The notes beneath the pieces are model-generated. The model made no database searches, was not told the origin of the DNA, and worked only from the letters and a program-made list of their open reading frames with translations. A stretch of 64,000 nucleotides of DNA from Octopus sinensis (taxonomy: Eukaryota), in contig NW_021832995.1 in NCBI RefSeq assembly GCF_006345805.1, positions 11,484 through 75,483 of the forward strand. The letters run 5' to 3'. This document shows positions 24,043 through 37,007 of the stretch, piece by piece. The position numbers and the translations under genes were made by a program. The stretch's first letter is position 1; every line of letters begins with the position of its first letter.

Positions 24043-25139
24043 GAATGGTTGTTCGGATTTCTTCTCTTACGGTTAGTCCACCCGCTCTATTCTAGTAAAG
24101 AGGAGAAAACCTATCACTCGATCATTTACCTCGTAGCAATAATAATTCGTCTTAGTTCTTTTGCATAGGCGAATAGTTTCTAGAAGAGAGGACAAGTCGA
24201 TTACATAAACCCCAATACTTGATTGATATTTTATTTTATCGACCCTCCAAGGTTGTAAAACAAAATCGATTTTAGTGGAATTAAACTCAAAACGTAATTA
24301 AATCAGTAGAAATACCGCAACAGACGTTTTAGCGACACTCTAACAATTCTGCCCGCTCGCCTTCTTAACCTCGCAGCCATAATAATTAAAATAATTAATA
24401 CCATTGAAGATTCATGTTTACTTGCTTATTTGTTTTCTAGTTAATAAATATATTAAAGTTACAATATGTATTTTGGTTTATGAACATCCCCATTAAGTTT
24501 CAAATTTGGAAAATTGTATCTAATTGAAAACATTTAGTTATGAGTTCATCACATTGGAGTGACCCAAAGACTGAAATGTGTATGTCATGGGAACTTTGAT
24601 TACTTTTATCCAAATCCCCACATACACACACGCATTTTTTTTTAATTAGCGACAAAATAAAGCGAAAATAAATTCGTGAGAGAGGCAGGCCTAAAGCTAA
24701 CCAGAAGTAGAGAGAGCATATCATTGAAGAGGCCGCTAACGGCGACGAAAGGACTTTCACAAACATAACTGACTGATTGGGAAATCTCAAGATTAATCAA
24801 ATAATTGATTAGTTTAATGAGTTAAATAGCAAATCCACTGGTCACCAGGAATGAAATTCCAAGAGGTCATGTGCGTCGTATCCACATGGACACGCTGGCG
24901 CGATCTTATACCAGAGTGAGATACGTTTACATTTGTGAATAAGGAACATTTAGAGAAAGAATGAGAAGCACTCGCAACGCTATTGATACATATTGGGCCG
25001 ATCCATCCATCCATCCATACATACATACATACATCGTAAAACTTTCCAGAAGTTTATCATTTAAATATATATGAGCATGCAACTATATGCATGATAATAC
25101 ATACATAAAGCAAAACATACGAATCTGCACATATACTTA

Positions 25140-25634
25140 CAGTGATCCCTCGCTACTTCGCGGTTCAACTATCGCGGATTCGCGACTTCGCAGATTTTTT
25201 TAATATATATATGAACGCCGAACATTTTTCATTAAATCCATTAAAATATTAATAATAAATATTATTTCCTAGTCTAAGAACAACTAAACAAGTGTAAAAT
25301 AGCAAAAAAGCATATACAGGGGTATTTGAACTTAAGACGGGCTGTGATTGGTGCAATGGAGAGAGACGACGAATCACAGCTTTCTATTTTGTAATCTGGC
25401 CTCTGTAACAGTAACAATCTTTATTTCTTTAAATCTAAAGTGTTATTGCTTAACAGTTGTCCTTGTTATTAATAGATTACTGTAATGGGTGAGTTGTTAA
25501 CAGTACAGGGAGGGTTTTAAAAATCCAAATACATATTAAATAAATACTGCAAATATGGTGTCCCTACTTCGCGGAAATTCAGTTATCGCGGCCGGTCTCG
25601 GAACCAATCTACCGCGATAAACGAGGGATCACTG
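25140..25634. mobile_element. Tigger/pogo-type MITE
   Basis: TA|CAGTGATCCCTCG...CGAGGGATCACTG|TA, with repeated TTCGCGG subterminal motifs. Confidence 0.88.
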
Positions 25635-25649
25635 TACATACATACAAAA

Positions 25650-25750
25650 ATACCTTGTTGTTGATGTTGAAATTCTAATGAAGGAGCCTTAGACATAGGT
25701 TAGAAACCGGCTCTTTCTCTATTGGCAAGAAATTTTGAAATAAAACTGAA
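25650..25750 (+). mobile_element. Short PLE-like fragment with degenerate HHR-like motif; inverted copy at 27875-27978
   Basis: Reads CTAATGAAGGAGCCT..AGGTTAGAAACCGG. Both copies sit in (ATAC)n. Confidence 0.5.
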
Positions 25751-25914
25751 CATACATACATACATTTGCGTAGCCGCATGATCAAGTGGAAAGACAAGTG
25801 TTAATTGACTTAGCACTCCGCTTGTATATTACTAAAATATATTCAATCAAGTTAAATATCTTTATTTTGACTAGACAGAGTTCGACATCATTTATAGGGC
25901 CAGACTTGTTCAAC

Positions 25915-25961
25915 AGCGGCTGAAGAGGTAACATAGTCACCGAACCCACTCAGTGTCCCCT
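25915..25961 (+). ncRNA. Degenerate type I hammerhead
   Basis: Reads AGCGG-CUGAAGA-GGUAAC(AUA)GUCACC-GAAC-CCAC(UCA)GUG-UC-CCCU. GAAA is mutated to GAAC. Confidence 0.5.
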
Positions 25962-26755
25962 AGATTAACTTGGGGTACATATTTCATATCTTCTTCGTGT
26001 GTATGTCTGATGTCCTTTCTACCCGTTTGATTGACTATCTGTTCAATCGATATGTACTCTCACCGAGTGAATATTTCGTTTCGATGAACTAAAACTGCAC
26101 TACTTAGGTTTTCTCGTGTCTCTCTCGTACATAAGTGTGTCTGTGTGTGTGTGTGTTTGTGTGTGTGTTATGTTAGTGTGTGCCTGACCGTGTGTGTATA
26201 TTAAATCCGTTTTCTGATTTTGCTAATGGGCAGAAAGAAGTAAGTCTGCTGGAGAGGAATTACACACACATACACTCATACACAAACTAGCACTTGACAG
26301 CTACACACACACACAAACACACACATACACACACACACACACACTTGTACATAGACTCATATATACATAAACACGCACACTTAAAGAAATTCACACGAAA
26401 TAACATGCACACACACAAAAACAAACAAATTCGTGCACATAGATGTACTCTCTCACACAAACACGTATATACATATATATATATATACATGCTTAAACAC
26501 GCGCACACACAAACACATCCATAAACATACATATACACCACATAAAGACATTTATAGACACACACACATACACCCACACTACTATGATGTAATTCTCTCT
26601 CTCCCTCTCTAAGTCAGAAAGAAACAAAAACATACAATAAAATATTCCCTCTGACAAAATATACACCCACTCCTCTTTGTCTGCCAAAATAAGCAACGGA
26701 ATTATTGACCTACATGGTGTACTTTTCAATCCACAATTGACCTCTACCCCTGACA

Positions 26756-26838
26756 TGTATCCGGGTACGGGGGTAGACCTATATCTTCGTGTATCCGGGT
26801 ACGGGGGTGGACCTATATCTTCGTATACCCGGGTACGA
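26756..26838. repeat. ~35-bp GC-rich tandem repeat (about 2.4 copies)
   Basis: Unit GTATCCGGGTACGGGGGTRGACCTATATCTTCGT. Confidence 0.85.
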
Positions 26839-26946
26839 AGGAGGACTACTTCTACTTTTGCAGGTACGGGTGTCACAATGTATGTATATGTATGTATGTA
26901 TGCATGTATGTATGTATGCATGTATGTATGTATGAATGTATGCATG

Positions 26947-26980
<34 letters not shown>

Positions 26981-27184
26981 CACATACATACATGCATACA
27001 TACATATATATATACACATACATACATGTATATATATATAAATATACATGTATATATATACACATACGTACATGCATATATATATAAATATGTATATATA
27101 TATATATACACATATGTACATGCATATATATATAAATATATATGTATATATATAAATACACATGCATGTATATATTATATATAT

Positions 27185-27316
27185 ATTTATTATATAGAAG
27201 GAGCTTCTACAGGACTAGAACTGTTTCATTCAAGAGAAATCATCAGGAAGCTTCCTGATAATTTCTCTTGAATGAAACAGTTCTAGTCCTGTAGAAGCTC
27301 CTTCTATATAATAAAT
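27185..27316. repeat. Spacerless 132-bp palindrome made of two overlapping antiparallel hammerhead motifs
   Basis: 66-bp arms centred on AAGCTT (27248-27253), with a single mismatch (27241/27260). Confidence 0.92.
27202..27252 (-). ncRNA. Type I hammerhead motif
   Basis: Reads AGCUUC-CUGAUGA-UUUC(UCUU)GAAU-GAAA-CAG(UUCUAGUC)CUG-UA-GAAGCU. Stem II is weak. The plus-strand twin has CUGAUAA. Confidence 0.65.
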
Positions 27317-27382
27317 TAATTTTACTCCGCTATGTATTGAGTACCTTATTTACTGTGGTTAACCCCGAATCAACCCGGGACC

Positions 27383-27466
<84 letters not shown>

Positions 27467-29038
27467 TATATGTATATATATATGCACACATATAATATTA
27501 ATATATGTATATATACATACAATACATACATACATACATGCATATATATATAAATATATATATATACATACATACAACATACATACATGTGTGTATGTGT
27601 AACCTCTGCCCTAAACAAGCGGGTTGAGCTAACTCTTTGTAACCTTTATTTTATTATGGGTGTATATAAGTGTATATATGTAGGTGTGTGTGCATATCTG
27701 AGTGGTATATAATGTATATGTACATCTGTGTATATATATATATATATATATAGTAAGTAAGCATATATGGATGGACTGATGGTGGAAGACACGGGTTCTA
27801 ACCCAGAAACAAGTTTCTTTCGTTGAAATTTAGAGATCATCGGATTACTCACGTATGTATGCATGTATGTCATCATTTAGTTTATTTCAAGATTTCTTGC
27901 CAATAGCGAAAGAACCTGTTTCTAACCTTGATACAAGGCCCCTTCATTGGAATTTCAACATCAACAACAGAGTATTCTTGTATGTATGTTCATATGTATA
28001 TGAATACATGTGTACTAGTATGGATAAACCGGCATCTGTGGATTTAAATACGTATAAACATAGGCATGTCCATCTATACATATGTTTACAAGTCTCTGTG
28101 TGTGTATATAAAGTTATTACATGTTTAACTCCAGGAATGTCTTACATATTTTCACACCGCTTTTAATGCCTTCTAGCTGTAATTTCCTCTGTGTGTGTGT
28201 GTGTGTGTATTTACATATATATGTATAGGTATATGAATGTATGTTAGGAAGTAGTTATACATCTGAATGTGTATATATATATATATAATATATATATAAT
28301 CTACACATGCGCGCATACACACACATATATGTAATGTATGTATATGTATAAGTATGTATGTGTGTTTGTATGTATATGTATGCTTATATATATATATGTA
28401 TATATATAAACACGCATGTCTGTATATGTGCATACATAAAATGTGAGTAAGTGCGTATGTGTGATTACGTACGTATGTATTTATGCATGTGTGTGTGTGT
28501 TTATGTATGAATCTGTATATGGCCGTAATTTTGTGCATCTATATGTGAACATATGACCATCTGAATGTGTGAGTGTGGAGGTGGAGTTATATATATTGTA
28601 TAATTCGTTTGGCGCTAGTTCTGACTACATACCTCGTTAACAAGGCATTGTAATGGATACGTGCAAAGGTAATAATGTACATACATGCATATGTATGTGT
28701 GTGTGTGTCTGTGCGTGGGTGTGTGTGTGTGTGTACATGTATGTCGATTACCATTTACACATCTCCCACCGCCACCACCTAGTATGTGGACTGGCTTGCT
28801 AAAAGACAGAGAGAGGGCTGGAGATAGAGAAATCAACACACACTCCCACACTCTCTCAAACACATACACATACAAATACGCTACTATACGTCCTCTTGTA
28901 TGTAGATTGGCTATTTAAATAGAGAGAGAGAGAGAAAGGAGGGGGGGGAAACACGTACAGACACTTAGACGCCTTCATGCATGTAGAATGCATTGAGAGT
29001 TAGTTAGATAGATAGATAGATAGATAGACAGACAGACA

Positions 29039-29077
<39 letters not shown>

Positions 29078-29222
29078 GCAGATAGATAGAAGATAGATAG
29101 ATAGTAGATAGATAGATAGATAGATGAGATAGATAGATAGATGGACAGGAACAAGTGGTTAGAATGAGACACATTACACACGGATTCATAACACACACAT
29201 ACATTGATATATATATATATAT

Positions 29223-29264
<42 letters not shown>

Positions 29265-29529
29265 GTCTCTGAATACGTTTCAGTAATACTTTAATATTCT
29301 GACGGAACGATTAAGTAACCACCATTTCATGTTGAGTCTAAAATGTAGGTCGACACCCCTACGGAGAGACTAACATAAGAAGCAAACAGTCCGACCGCCA
29401 CTATAACTATCCTGCTATGATTGTCAATTTTATGCAGCCATTTCAACAATATGGCTGCGAGAAAATACCTCCCGGGAACGCTCTGCATACTAAATACTAC
29501 GAATAAATCAGGTCTCGTATATGTAAGGC

Positions 29530-30065
29530 ATAAGGAATCCACCCGTGGGATTCAGCACACTAGAAAGAACAGCTAGTTTCTATAACCACAAAATTAGGGA
29601 TAAAATTCGACAGGAACGAAATGAAAAATATGAAAACATTTTACCATCTAGTTTCCTGGACCAATTGGTTTCTGGTTTTAGTTTAGCAAGCAAATAACAT
29701 TTACCTGCTAGGTGAAATCGTTCTCAACAGGTACACCTTAGTCGGCATTTTTTATTGCCAGCGAAGGGCTTCATCTGCGCAGTAGATTTTGAAGAAATTA
29801 GGATGTATAAACAAGAAGCACATAGTTGATCGCTTCGTGTTTATATATTTAATCTAAGGTGAACCTGTGGAGAACGATTTCACCTAGCGGGTAAATGTTA
29901 TTTGCTTGCTAAACTAAAATCAGAAAGCAATTGGTCCAGGAAACTAGAGGGTAATTTTTTTTTAATTTTTCATTTCGTTTCTATCGAATTTTATCCCTAA
30001 TTTTGTGGTTATTGAAACTAGCTGTTCTTTCTAGCGTGTAAATCCCACGAGTGGATTCCTTATGT
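29530..30065. repeat. Fold-back element: ~210-bp inverted arms with a ~110-bp spacer that itself contains a hairpin
   Basis: 29530-29741 is the reverse complement of 29854-30065. Confidence 0.9.
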
Positions 30066-30166
30066 GTTTAAAGTACACTGATTTTATGACTACATATATA
30101 TATATTATATATATTATATATATATAAATATTATATATATATTATATATATATATATCTATATATA

Positions 30167-31365
30167 CAGGGTGTCCCAAAAAATGTTATACACATCTTAA
30201 ATAATTGTAAATTGGGGTTTATTATAATTCGAATAATTTTCAACACGTAAAATATCATTCTATTGTCTTGTTATCGCATGTTCTCAAACTGATGTCCGTT
30301 CTGCTCCAGACACTGCTGACAACGCGAAGCGATGGAATGGCACACATCATGGAACAATTCCCTTCATGTTCAATTCCATTCATGTTCAATGGTTGCCCTC
30401 AATTGAACGACTGTTGCAGGTTTCTGTGCGTAGACTTTGTCCTTTAGGTATCCCCATAAAACGAAGTCTAGTGGTGTGAGGTCTAGTGGCAAGATCCCAT
30501 CAAGAAAAGATCTAACATCGTAGTGTGGAGGTGCCCCATCTTGCTGGAAATAAAACTCTTCCTGTTCAAAGTCCTCTCTAATGCTTGGCATGACAGACTG
30601 TTGCAGCAAGTTCAAGTAAACGGGACCAGTCACAGTAGCGTCTAAAAAGAAAGGTCCAATTAATCCTCGTGAAGATAAGCCACACCACACTGTAATTCCT
30701 GGTAAATTAACAAGGTGTTCCACCATAACCTGTGGATTCTCAGGTCCCCTGTAGGTGTAATTAGTCTGTTAATCGAACCATTTAATTTGAATATGGCCTC
30801 ATCACTCCACACAATCTTTGTAGGAAAGTGTGCATCTTCGTTACATCGTTCCAAGCACCACTAGCAATACTGTACTCTTCGGTCTGGATCATCGTCATTA
30901 AGAGCATGGACTAATCTTGGAATGTAACTTCTCCATTGACAACGTTTCATGATGCGATGGACAGATGATTTTGAAATGTCTACCTCACGACTAGCTTGCC
31001 GCAAAGACTTTCTTGGACTTCGTTGAAAAGTTTCCAGTAATCTTTCTTCTTTTGTGGGGCTTGTCGAAGTACGTGGTCTTCTGGAACGCTTCTTATGGAC
31101 GTCCTGAACAGTTCCATCAGCTTCAAACTTATCTCTAATTCGAGTGATGGTAACTCGTGTTGGTGGTTCTTTGTTAAACTCCCGCCTAAATTGTCTTTGC
31201 ACTTCTACTGCGTTTTCATACTTCCAGTAGCATTTTAGAATGAATTTCCTTTCTTCAAAGTCAAGTCTGGCTGCCATAACTCGGTTCAATGGGTTCTTTC
31301 TATAAAGAAAGAATAAATAATTGAGTTATCAGCTGCTAAAATGTGTATACTTTTTTTGAGACACC

Positions 31366-31368
<3 letters not shown>
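30167..31368 (-). mobile_element. Tc1/mariner-superfamily transposon (rosa/DD41D-like)
   Basis: TA|CAGGGTGTCCCAAAAAA ... TTTTTTGAGACACCCTG|TA, inserted in (TA)n. Confidence 0.9.
30275..31289 (-). pseudogene. Disrupted transposase
   Basis: N-terminal HTH region plus [17 protein letters not shown] and [14 protein letters not shown] motifs. It has a stop, frameshifts and a deletion before the third acidic residue. Confidence 0.88.
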
Positions 31369-31421
<53 letters not shown>

Positions 31422-31422
<1 letters not shown>

Positions 31423-31860
31423 TGGGCTGCCCGGAAGTTCGTGCCGATTTATAGTAGCTTATTTTCGACTTATTTTAGAACATGGTTGAGTCCATAAAAT
31501 AGGATTTGGCTATACCTCCATTTAGAGGACAGTTTAAACTATCTTTTCGAGGAAGAAGGTTTATGTTCCTATAACCTGTGTTAATTCTGTGACCCGTTAA
31601 AATGGAAGATAAGAAAGTTCATTTTCGGCACTTGATGCTTTGGGAATCAGACAAAAATTGCTGCAGCTCGGCTGGGATGTGTTACCCCACCCTCCATATT
31701 CACCAGATATTGCTCCTTCGGATTTCCACTTATTCAGGTCTCTGCAGAATAGTCTTAATGGTAAAAATTTCAATACCTTGGATGACGTAAAAAGATACCT
31801 TGATGAATTCTTTGCTATGAAACCACATCAATTCTGAAAAGAAGGTATTTTCAAGTTAAA
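31422..31860 (+). mobile_element. Non-autonomous mariner deletion derivative (copy 2, 3'-truncated)
   Basis: Left TIR plus the same fused MEDKKVHFRHLMLWE / LPHPPYSPDIAPSDFHLF arrangement as 660-1283. Confidence 0.9.
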
Positions 31861-31977
31861 GTTAAAGGAAAATATATATATATATGTATATATATATATA
31901 TGATGTATGTATGTATATATGTATATGTATATATGTATATATATATATGTATATAGATATATATATATGTATATATA

Positions 31978-32010
<33 letters not shown>

Positions 32011-32208
32011 ATATATATATGATATATATATATATATATGTATGTGCGTAATGTATATATATAATGCATATGTATATATATATATATATATTAATTTTAT
32101 ATATGTATAATGTATAATGTATATATGTTATATATATGTATATGTATTAATATATTATATGTATAGTATATATATGTATATGTATATGTATATATAAATA
32201 TATATATA

Positions 32209-35200
32209 TAACTTAGAATAACTTAGAAAGGTTTTGGCCAGTATTGGCCCAGGCCATGTCTAACTTAATAGCACCACCTGGCGAAGTCTTTCAGTTCAGG
32301 ATTTGGGCACCAAGGCCCATTCGAGCAGAGAGTTGTTGTTTGCGGAGACATATCCGGGTGTGGGTGGTTTGTCCGGTACTGTTTGAAGGAATTTGTCCAA
32401 AGACTTCTTGAATTTTGTGTGGTCAGTTTCTTTTTTGACGTGTCCTGGTGTAATGTTGAAGAGAGCGGGTCCAATTGAGGTGAAATAGTTGTGCCGTATT
32501 GTCGTTATGTGATGCGATTTAGATTTTTGTTGTGGACGGATGGCACGTGGTCCAAGCCTTGGATGCATTTTGAAGGTGATGCCAACATCATTCGGACAGT
32601 GCTGATGGAAATTTTCCACATCATACAGATAATGTAGCGTTCACGGCGTCGTTGGAGTGAATGCAATTTCAGCTTCTCTAGTCTACCCCAGTAGTCAAGG
32701 TCTGACATGCCATCTATCTTTTTTGTGATTGACCTTGGGGAGCTTCAATTCTCATAATATTTTGTTTGGTGTAGGGAGACCACAGTGGACAGCAGTATTC
32801 AAGGTGGGGTCGGGCAAAAGTGGAGAAGAGAAGGATAATAGCGTGGGAATCTCTCGACTGGAAGGTTCTGAGAATCCAGGAACACATTCTGCGGGCCACG
32901 TCAACTTTGCTGCTTATATGTGTAGCCCAGCTTATGTTGTTGTCCACTGTTACTCCCAGGTCTCTGATGTTGTTGGATGCCATGAGAATTTCTCCAGAAG
33001 GAAGAGAGTATGGGAGTTTCAGAGCGTCCTCCCTTCCAAAGTGGATCAGTTCGAATTTGTCTTCATTTAGCAACATGTTATTCTTTTCCGCCCATTGGAC
33101 AACAGCCAGTAGGTCTGACTGAAGGTTTATTCGGTCATCCACGCCATTGATGACCTTCTGGAGCTTGGAATCATCAGCGAAGGTTCTGATGTTACTGTGT
33201 TTGATGGTGTCAGTAATATCATTTATGTAGATGAAGAGAAGTGGGCCCAACACAGTGCCTTGTGGGACACCACTGCTGACTTTGGCTGGGCTGGATTTGA
33301 CTCCTTCGACTACAACATGTTGGGTTCTGTTAGACAGGAAGCACTTGATCCACTGCAGCAGCTTTCCAGTGACACCAATATTGGACAGCTTTCTCAGAAG
33401 GATCTTATGATCAACCCTGTCAAAGGCCTTGCTGAAATCAAGGTAGATGACATCAGTGTTGGAACCTTCTCCCAAGGCTCTCAAAATGTCATCAAAATGA
33501 TGCAGCAGCTGCGTCAGGCAATCTCTCCTATTACGGAATCCATGCTGGTTGGGGTTCAGCATATTATGACTCGCAAGGAAGTGAGTCATACGCGATCTCA
33601 GCACCCTCTCAAATACCTTGATGATATACGAGGTGAGTGAGATTGGACGGTAATTCACGGCAAACGATTTGTTTCCTTTTTTGAAAACTGGGACAACAGA
33701 CTGGGATAGAAGGTCTTCTGGTATATATCCAGCATCCAGTGAGTTCCTCCACAGATTGGCTAGAGGGGGTGCAAGTTGGTTTTGACACATCTTCAAGACA
33801 CAAGCAGGGAACCTATCGGGACCTACTGCTGAATTATGCTTCATTTCCTTTATTGCTGCTAAGACATCAGGGGCGCCAAATGTTATGTCCGATAAAGTGT
33901 ATTGGGGAGTAACATCACTGATACAGCCCAGATCAGTCATATCAGGATTGCTGAAAACAGAGCAATATTGTTTCTGCAATATCTCTCCCATGGTTTTGGC
34001 ATTGTCTTGAAGAGTACCATTTTCATCAATCAGAGGGCCAACAGTAGAACCAGTGACTCTGTGTTCTTTTGCAAATGAAAAGAACACTTGGGTGATTGAG
34101 TTTGATCTTCTCAATGGCCCAGGCCTCTTCAGCTCTTCGCTGACTATTGATGATAGACATCATGTTGTTTTGGAGGTTATGTTTTTTAATCTCTAGCGAC
34201 GAGATGGCAGTCAGGTTGGTGTGTTGCTGTTGACAGTATTTCAGCATGTTGATCTTTTTGTTGATTCTTTAATTTTCCTTATGAGAGATTTTCTATTTCT
34301 AGGGATTCGACACTTAGATTTGTTTGCAGATCTTAATGGGGTGTGTCTTGCACATATGTTCGTGATGGTGTCTACAAGTGACTGCCAGGACTTTTTGATG
34401 TTAGTGGGTGTGTATGTGTGCGTGAAGGACCAATCGACTTGTGCAAGATCATTATTGATCGCTTCCCAGTTTGCATTGTGGAAATCCATAGTGTCAAATG
34501 GATGAACAGGAGGGATGACATTTGTTTTGCATTTTGGCCAGTGAAATCTCAGATCACAGAGAACCATGTCATGGTCGGAGAGTAGGGTTTTCTCCACTGC
34601 AATATTGTGGATAGTATCAGTGTGATTGCTGAAAATTAAGTCAAAGACGTTTTTGTGACATCTCGTTGGTTCGAGTACCAGTTGGGACAAGAAGAAGTCA
34701 TCCATGAAGTCAAGAAGCGATTCCACTGCCTCCCTGTCAGGGTTGAGAGAGAAGAACCTGGCGGCAGATGTTTGTAGACCAGTCAACCCCGGGAAGGTTG
34801 AAGTCTCCCATCATTAAAATGTTGTCAGGTTGACACTGCTGAATGAAACACTTTATGCTGTTGAGGCATTCCTTGAAGCATGGTAGGGGCGTTGGGTGGT
34901 CTGTAGAGCCCAACTACTGTTAAGTGTTGGTTTGACTGAATACAGCGACTGCTTCGCAGTATCCATTGGAAAATATGTTCATGGCTTCTGTTGAGAATGA
35001 ATCATGGACATAAATGGCAGTCCCACCCTTTCTTCTGCCAGCACGATCAGCACGAATGGTTTTGAAATTTTTAACTTTCACCTCGGCTTCCAAGTGGAGG
35101 TCACTAAGATGGGTTTCAGTGAGGACGAAGAGAAAGGATGTGGTTTGGATGGGCCTCGACCCAGTCCTCCAGGAATCTTATCTTCCATTTTTTGTATTGG

Positions 35201-35375
35201 TGGAAGGGCTGATGCCTTGGGCATTAAGCAGAAATGTTGAGGCGAGAGTGGATGGTTTTAATGTTTTGGTGATTTGTTTATTTGATTGCTTTTTAATGGC
35301 ATGTGTAGTGGGGTAATAGTGGTGGATGGTGGTGGGTGATAGCTCGGATGTTTTTTTCTAGTTCTTTTGTGATTC
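32209..35375 (-). mobile_element. CR1/L2-group LINE with near-complete ORF2
   Basis: Encodes APE and RT domains, has a short-repeat 3' tail (TTCTAAGTTA)2, and is flanked by (TA)n. Confidence 0.92.
32296..35302 (-). pseudogene. LINE ORF2 (APE endonuclease + reverse transcriptase), frameshifted
   Basis: APE motifs LTETHL, MGDFNLP, DLIFS and SDH. RT motifs YRPISL, QHGFR, YLDFSKAFD, GVPQGTVLGPLLF, FADD and DLGV. Confidence 0.92.
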
Positions 35376-35654
35376 ATATATACATATATATATATATGTA
35401 TATATATATATATTGTATATATGTATAGTATATATATATATGTATATATATGTATATGATATATATATTGATATATATATATGTATATATATATGTATAT
35501 GTATATGTATATATAGATATAGTATATGTATATATATATATGTATATATATATATAGTATATAGATATAATGTATATATATATGTATATGTATAAATATA
35601 TATATGTATATGTATATGTATATATGTATATGTATATATATATATATAAACAAT

Positions 35655-35872
35655 TCCATTTTTAAAGGTGTAGCGTTTATACAAGTCTGGACAGAATTGA
35701 CATATCGATTCTATTCTAGCAAAAACTGACCGATGAACGGCAACGGGAAACTCAGAGTAACAGGTTTTGTAGAATTGTCTGCTGCTTTAAATAGAGCATA
35801 TTACTCTACCACTGGTAATTTGAGTACTCTTTTTTCCCACCTTGTTTCACATTTATGTGTTTACTCCGGTAT
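35655..35872 (+). mobile_element. PLE-like terminal fragment with HHR-like motif (35722-35768)
   Basis: Reads AAAACUGA-CCGAUGA-ACG(GCAA)CGG-GAAA-CUC(A)GAG-UA-ACAGGUUUU. Homologous to the reverse complement of 63808-63960. Confidence 0.65.
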
Positions 35873-35891
35873 ATATATATGTATATATATA

Positions 35892-36755
35892 TAGAAAATA
35901 GTAAAAGGTGAAAAAACTACAGAAGGCTTAAAGGTTAAAAAATATATATATTTGCGTCAATATGTCTGAAGAATATTAAATTTTTTTTTTCCCCTTACAA
36001 TGACATAATTTAGAAGAAAGACCGGTTTCGCGTTTAGCTTTTCAAATTTCTTACGACGTTATGTTTATGTTGAATAGAGTTATCGTTATGTTTATGTTTA
36101 AAAGAGTTCTAAATAAGGGGAGGTAATGAGTGATTTCTTCCGGTGTAAGGGAGATAATCGCTTAAAATTGTTTTTCCTTTCCCTTGGTGTGAATTTCTCT
36201 GTATCAGTATGTTGGCATGGTTAAGTCTGGGTTTGTACTTTTCAATGAAGAATGTTTCCTTGTTTAGTCTAATGATACCTTTTAGTGAGCACATTGAGAA
36301 ATGCGCAAAGCAACTACTACCACAATTTTTAATCTTTCCATTTTACCAATGTGCTATCGGATCATCAACACAAATTAGACTAAACAAGGAAACATTCTTC
36401 ATTGAAAAGTAAAAACCCAGACGTAACCATGCCAACATACTGATACAGAGAAATTCACACCAAGGGAAAGGAAAAAAAATTTAAGCGATTATCTCCCTTA
36501 CACCGGAAGAAATCACTCATTACCTCCCCTTATTTAGAACTGTTTTAAACATAAACATAACGATAACTCTATTCAACATAAACATAACGTCGTAAGAAAT
36601 TTGAGAAGCTAAACGCGAAACCGGTCTTTCTTCTAAATTATGTCATTGTAAGGGGAAAAAAAAAATTTTAATATTCTTCAGACATATTGACGCAAATATA
36701 TATATTTTTTAACCTTTAAGCCTTCTGTAGTTTTTTCACTTTTTACTATTTTCTA
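35892..36755 (+). mobile_element. Penelope-like element 3' end with inverted 5' duplication (~380-bp arms, ~100-bp spacer)
   Basis: Spacer plus right arm encode the GIY-YIG C-terminus SEHIEKC...RLNKETFFIEKYKPRLN. An HHR-like UUGAGAA-GC..GC-GAAACCGGUC lies at about 36594-36632. Confidence 0.8.
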
Positions 36756-36922
36756 TATATTCAACCACGTGCTTTCACAAACCAACTTTCTTATGTATAT
36801 ATATATACATATATATATATGTATATGTATATATAATATGTAATGTATATGTATACATATATGTATATATATATATGTATATGTAATAATGTTATATATA
36901 GTATATAATGTATATATAAGTA

Positions 36923-36970
<48 letters not shown>

Positions 36971-36974
36971 AAAC

Positions 36975-37007
<33 letters not shown>

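Noticed and set aside
32729-33640. Plus-strand ORFs overlapping the LINE RT
   Set aside because: Antisense shadows of the minus-strand ORF2.
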